A stretch of 62,957 nt of DNA, filler included, from Choristocarpus tenellus KU-1152 (taxonomy: Eukaryota; Protista; Phaeophyceae), in assembly GCA_964200185.2 (NCBI GenBank). It is 9 parts of 9 records of this genome, joined end to end, with 100 filler letters (N's around TTAATTAATTAA, not from the genome) between each part and the next. Parts side by side here need not be neighbours in the genome. Positions count along the whole stretch, not along the records: positions 58,753 to 62,957 come from CAXNAD020015713.1; 8 more parts are not named here. One strand, given 5' to 3'. The notes beneath the pieces were generated by a model. The model was given only the letters and a program-made list of their open reading frames with translations. It was not told the DNA's origin and ran no database searches. Positions 60,287-62,957 of this stretch are shown piece after piece (the stretch's first letter is position 1; each line of letters begins with the position of its first letter). The translations under genes and the position numbers were made by a program.

Positions 60287-62932
60287 TGGTGTACAACAGC
60301 CCTCTAGAGCCCTATGCTTCTGCTATGGTGTTAGTGATGTGTTGATGTGTTAATTGAGGTTTGAGAATAGACTCTGAACTGTTGTTTGGGTTTACTTCAT
60401 TCTTCTGTGTGATGTGACATGCTTAGGCGGGCAAGACAAGGTGGACATAACAGGTTCTTTCATTCCTTTTGAATGCGACAGAATGAGCACTTTGAAGTTG
60501 TGTACATCAGTCATGAATGAGGTCACAGTAAGCTCATTTGTTTCCTAGGGGATGCATACGTACAGTATTAACAGGGCATGGCTGCTGTTGTCCTCTAGAG
60601 TGTTACTGCTATCGTTAATAGTGGGTTTGCAGCAGTTGTTGTGACAGGGCATGACTCAAGGCATGTACGAGTGGGCTGCTGATGAGCACACACTACTGAC
60701 CCTGACCATGCACAATATTTAGTCCTAACTTAATTGTCTGAGCGTTTGTGTGTCACAGTCGTTTGTTGGAAAATGATGCCCCCCTTGAATCAAACACTGT
60801 AACGGAGCATCAGTCAGGGATTGTGTGTAAAGTGATGACTGTTGTTTTATGTATTCTATAATTATGGGTGTGGTTGGCAACTATCAAAGTCAAACCATGC
60901 CTGCACTGACTTCACGGACACTTTCTTGCAGTGCTTGATGCTGTGTGTTGACTTTCTCTAGTGCCTTTGTGTGAAGCATATCATGACTGTGGCATTGAGT
61001 CAATGTCTGAACGAGAATTTAGTTGGTGTAGGGGGGGATTGGGATATCGTGTTGTGGGGAGAACTGGTGGTGTGATAGTGCCGAAGAATATTGTGAATGC
61101 ATGTATGTATTATGTGGAATGTTGTGCATCCTGTGTCACACTGCAGGAGGGCTGCTCACGAACTAGTACAAAGAAGGCGTTGCATCACACCAGCACCTAC
61201 TTTAGGGTGAGGGGTGAAGAGAGAGAGAGATCTATTTGCCTTATGTTGTGTAGGAAACTCAAGAAGATAAGGGGTGCTACTTTGCTCAGTGGGAACCAAC
61301 CCCGTATTTTCTGCTTCATTCAGTGGCCTGTGGTTATGATGAACAGATGGTCCTCACCATCACACATTCCCTTCTCTCTGAAGTTTCCTTGTGAATGCGT
61401 GATGGTAATGAACAAGCTGAATACGGGATCAGGCTACTACACTATGCTATTGCAAGCTGAGCCCTCCTTAGCTAAGAAAATCAAACTATTATGCGCATAA
61501 AATAGTGGGATATGAGTCGATAATACCCTGTACCAACTTTGCCGAGTACTCAATACTCGATACTCCTTCCTATGTGTAAAGCACAGTTTTTCTTGCAGGT
61601 GAAATGTTTTGATGAAGAAACCAAGTCTGGAATGGTTCAGAGTGTGTTCCTTATGAAATTATGTATCAACTCGAACCGATATGCAGCATGTGTTAAAAAT
61701 GTGTAGGGGAAATGAGCGTACAAAAAAGTTCCACAATGACAATTTGGGATTTTTTCATGTTTACCCTAGGTTTTAATCTGAAGAGTTCAGACAAAGTTGC
61801 TGGGTGTCGGAAGCGCGTTGTATGGACATAAATGACCTTCAAGGAAAGTTTTGTGCAATGTGCAATGTGGAATGTATTTTTGTCTTACGTGTGAAATATT
61901 GTACAGTACTTTGTAATATAATCGCGACAGAATACTAGTCTGGGTATTAATATTTGTCTATGTTATTATTGAAGAGTACTCAAAGACTACAAAGAAAATA
62001 CCACTAGTAGTACTGTCTGTGCTGTAAATAGCCTGGGCAGTAAACATCCATCACATTGTTACGACTAAATTGATAAAACTATTGTGTAGTAGAAAGAAAA
62101 AGGCAACTTCCTTGAAGTAGCACTGCCATAAACTACAGGATTACCCCAGCAGGGGTCATTTCCTCGAGTGTGCACGGCAGTGCCCTCGGCAATTTAATCC
62201 CCTGCCTGGGTGGAACTGCTTCTGTTGTTAATCCGGATTTTTACCAGCAACCTCATCTGCCCTCCTTGCTACTTACTACCTCCACACACATCACTAACTT
62301 CAGGTTTCAATGTGGGTACTCTGTGGAATTGTTTTCCCTACTTATTTCGCAGTAACGCACTGGTGTACAACAGGGAAGGTACGTATCAGGGATGAAACTT
62401 GCGGCTGCCACTCTTCTGGTAGCAGGACCCACGACAAACAGGAAAACATGTAACATACACTTCAAAGTGACATTCTTTCCCATTGTTGTTTGGCAGTCGC
62501 TACAGGCAAGAGTTGCAGGGTTCCCTTAAACCTAGCTATATACAGTACATTGCACACAGACGTACAAATAGAGCTCCGCCACCCGATTTTCTCCTGCTTA
62601 CAATAGTAGTATACACACAATGCTCGAAGAAAAGCAATAATATCGATATGAAATTCGATTATTTCTTATGTAGTAGTAGATATTATTGCATCCAGCTGGT
62701 CAGAAGCCTCTACTCCTGATCCGAAAGAAGGAACAGGATCTTCTGCCCTTGATGTAGCACACCACAAGACCCAGTGTGAGCAGGGGGCCAATGCATGAGC
62801 AACAAAACAATCCCAGGAACCAACCAGACAGATCTCATTCCCTTAATTTCTCATCAAAGCCAACTAATCTTCAGGGGTTGAAGAGGTGCTGTCCAACTGC
62901 TACTCTATGGTGGATAAGAAGGCACAATACAC

Positions 62933-62957
62933 GGGCAAGTATCTGGGGGGGGGGGAG
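62933..62957. mobile_element. MITE family B left end (other ends at 1-21 and 9592-9609)
   Basis: AAGTATCTGGGGGGG. Confidence 0.65.

Noticed and set aside
60961-61500. 179-aa ORF
   Set aside because: It has a non-ATG start and TG-rich, UTR-like composition with no recognisable domain.

Overview
This is eukaryotic, transposon-rich DNA, probably from a stramenopile or brown alga (inferred from TTAGGG tracts, GT-AG introns and the style of the Copia, Gypsy and CRE elements). It is not one locus. Nine contigs or scaffolds are joined by an artificial 100-bp linker (N44-TTAATTAATTAA-N44) at 9610, 12522, 23982, 26582, 30774, 51263, 54537 and 58653. Recognisable host genes are a spliced four-EF-hand calmodulin-like gene (minus, ~39772-40889) head-to-head with a multi-exon 2OG-Fe(II) dioxygenase (plus, 41329-47005), plus a large low-complexity terminal exon (58790-60286). 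The rest is decayed and nested Copia, Gypsy, LINE (RTE-like and CRE-like) and DNA-transposon relics, tandem repeats, and an unidentified spliced minus-strand gene relic in the first ~7 kb. The strongest novel signal is a set of at least four MITE families with related GAGTCAAAG/GACCCAAAG termini. The main ~255-bp family has 11 copies or fragments and makes variable 3-bp target-site duplications (TSDs). Three of these TSDs are confirmed because excision restores interrupted reading frames. No CRISPR array, rRNA or tRNA could be supported.
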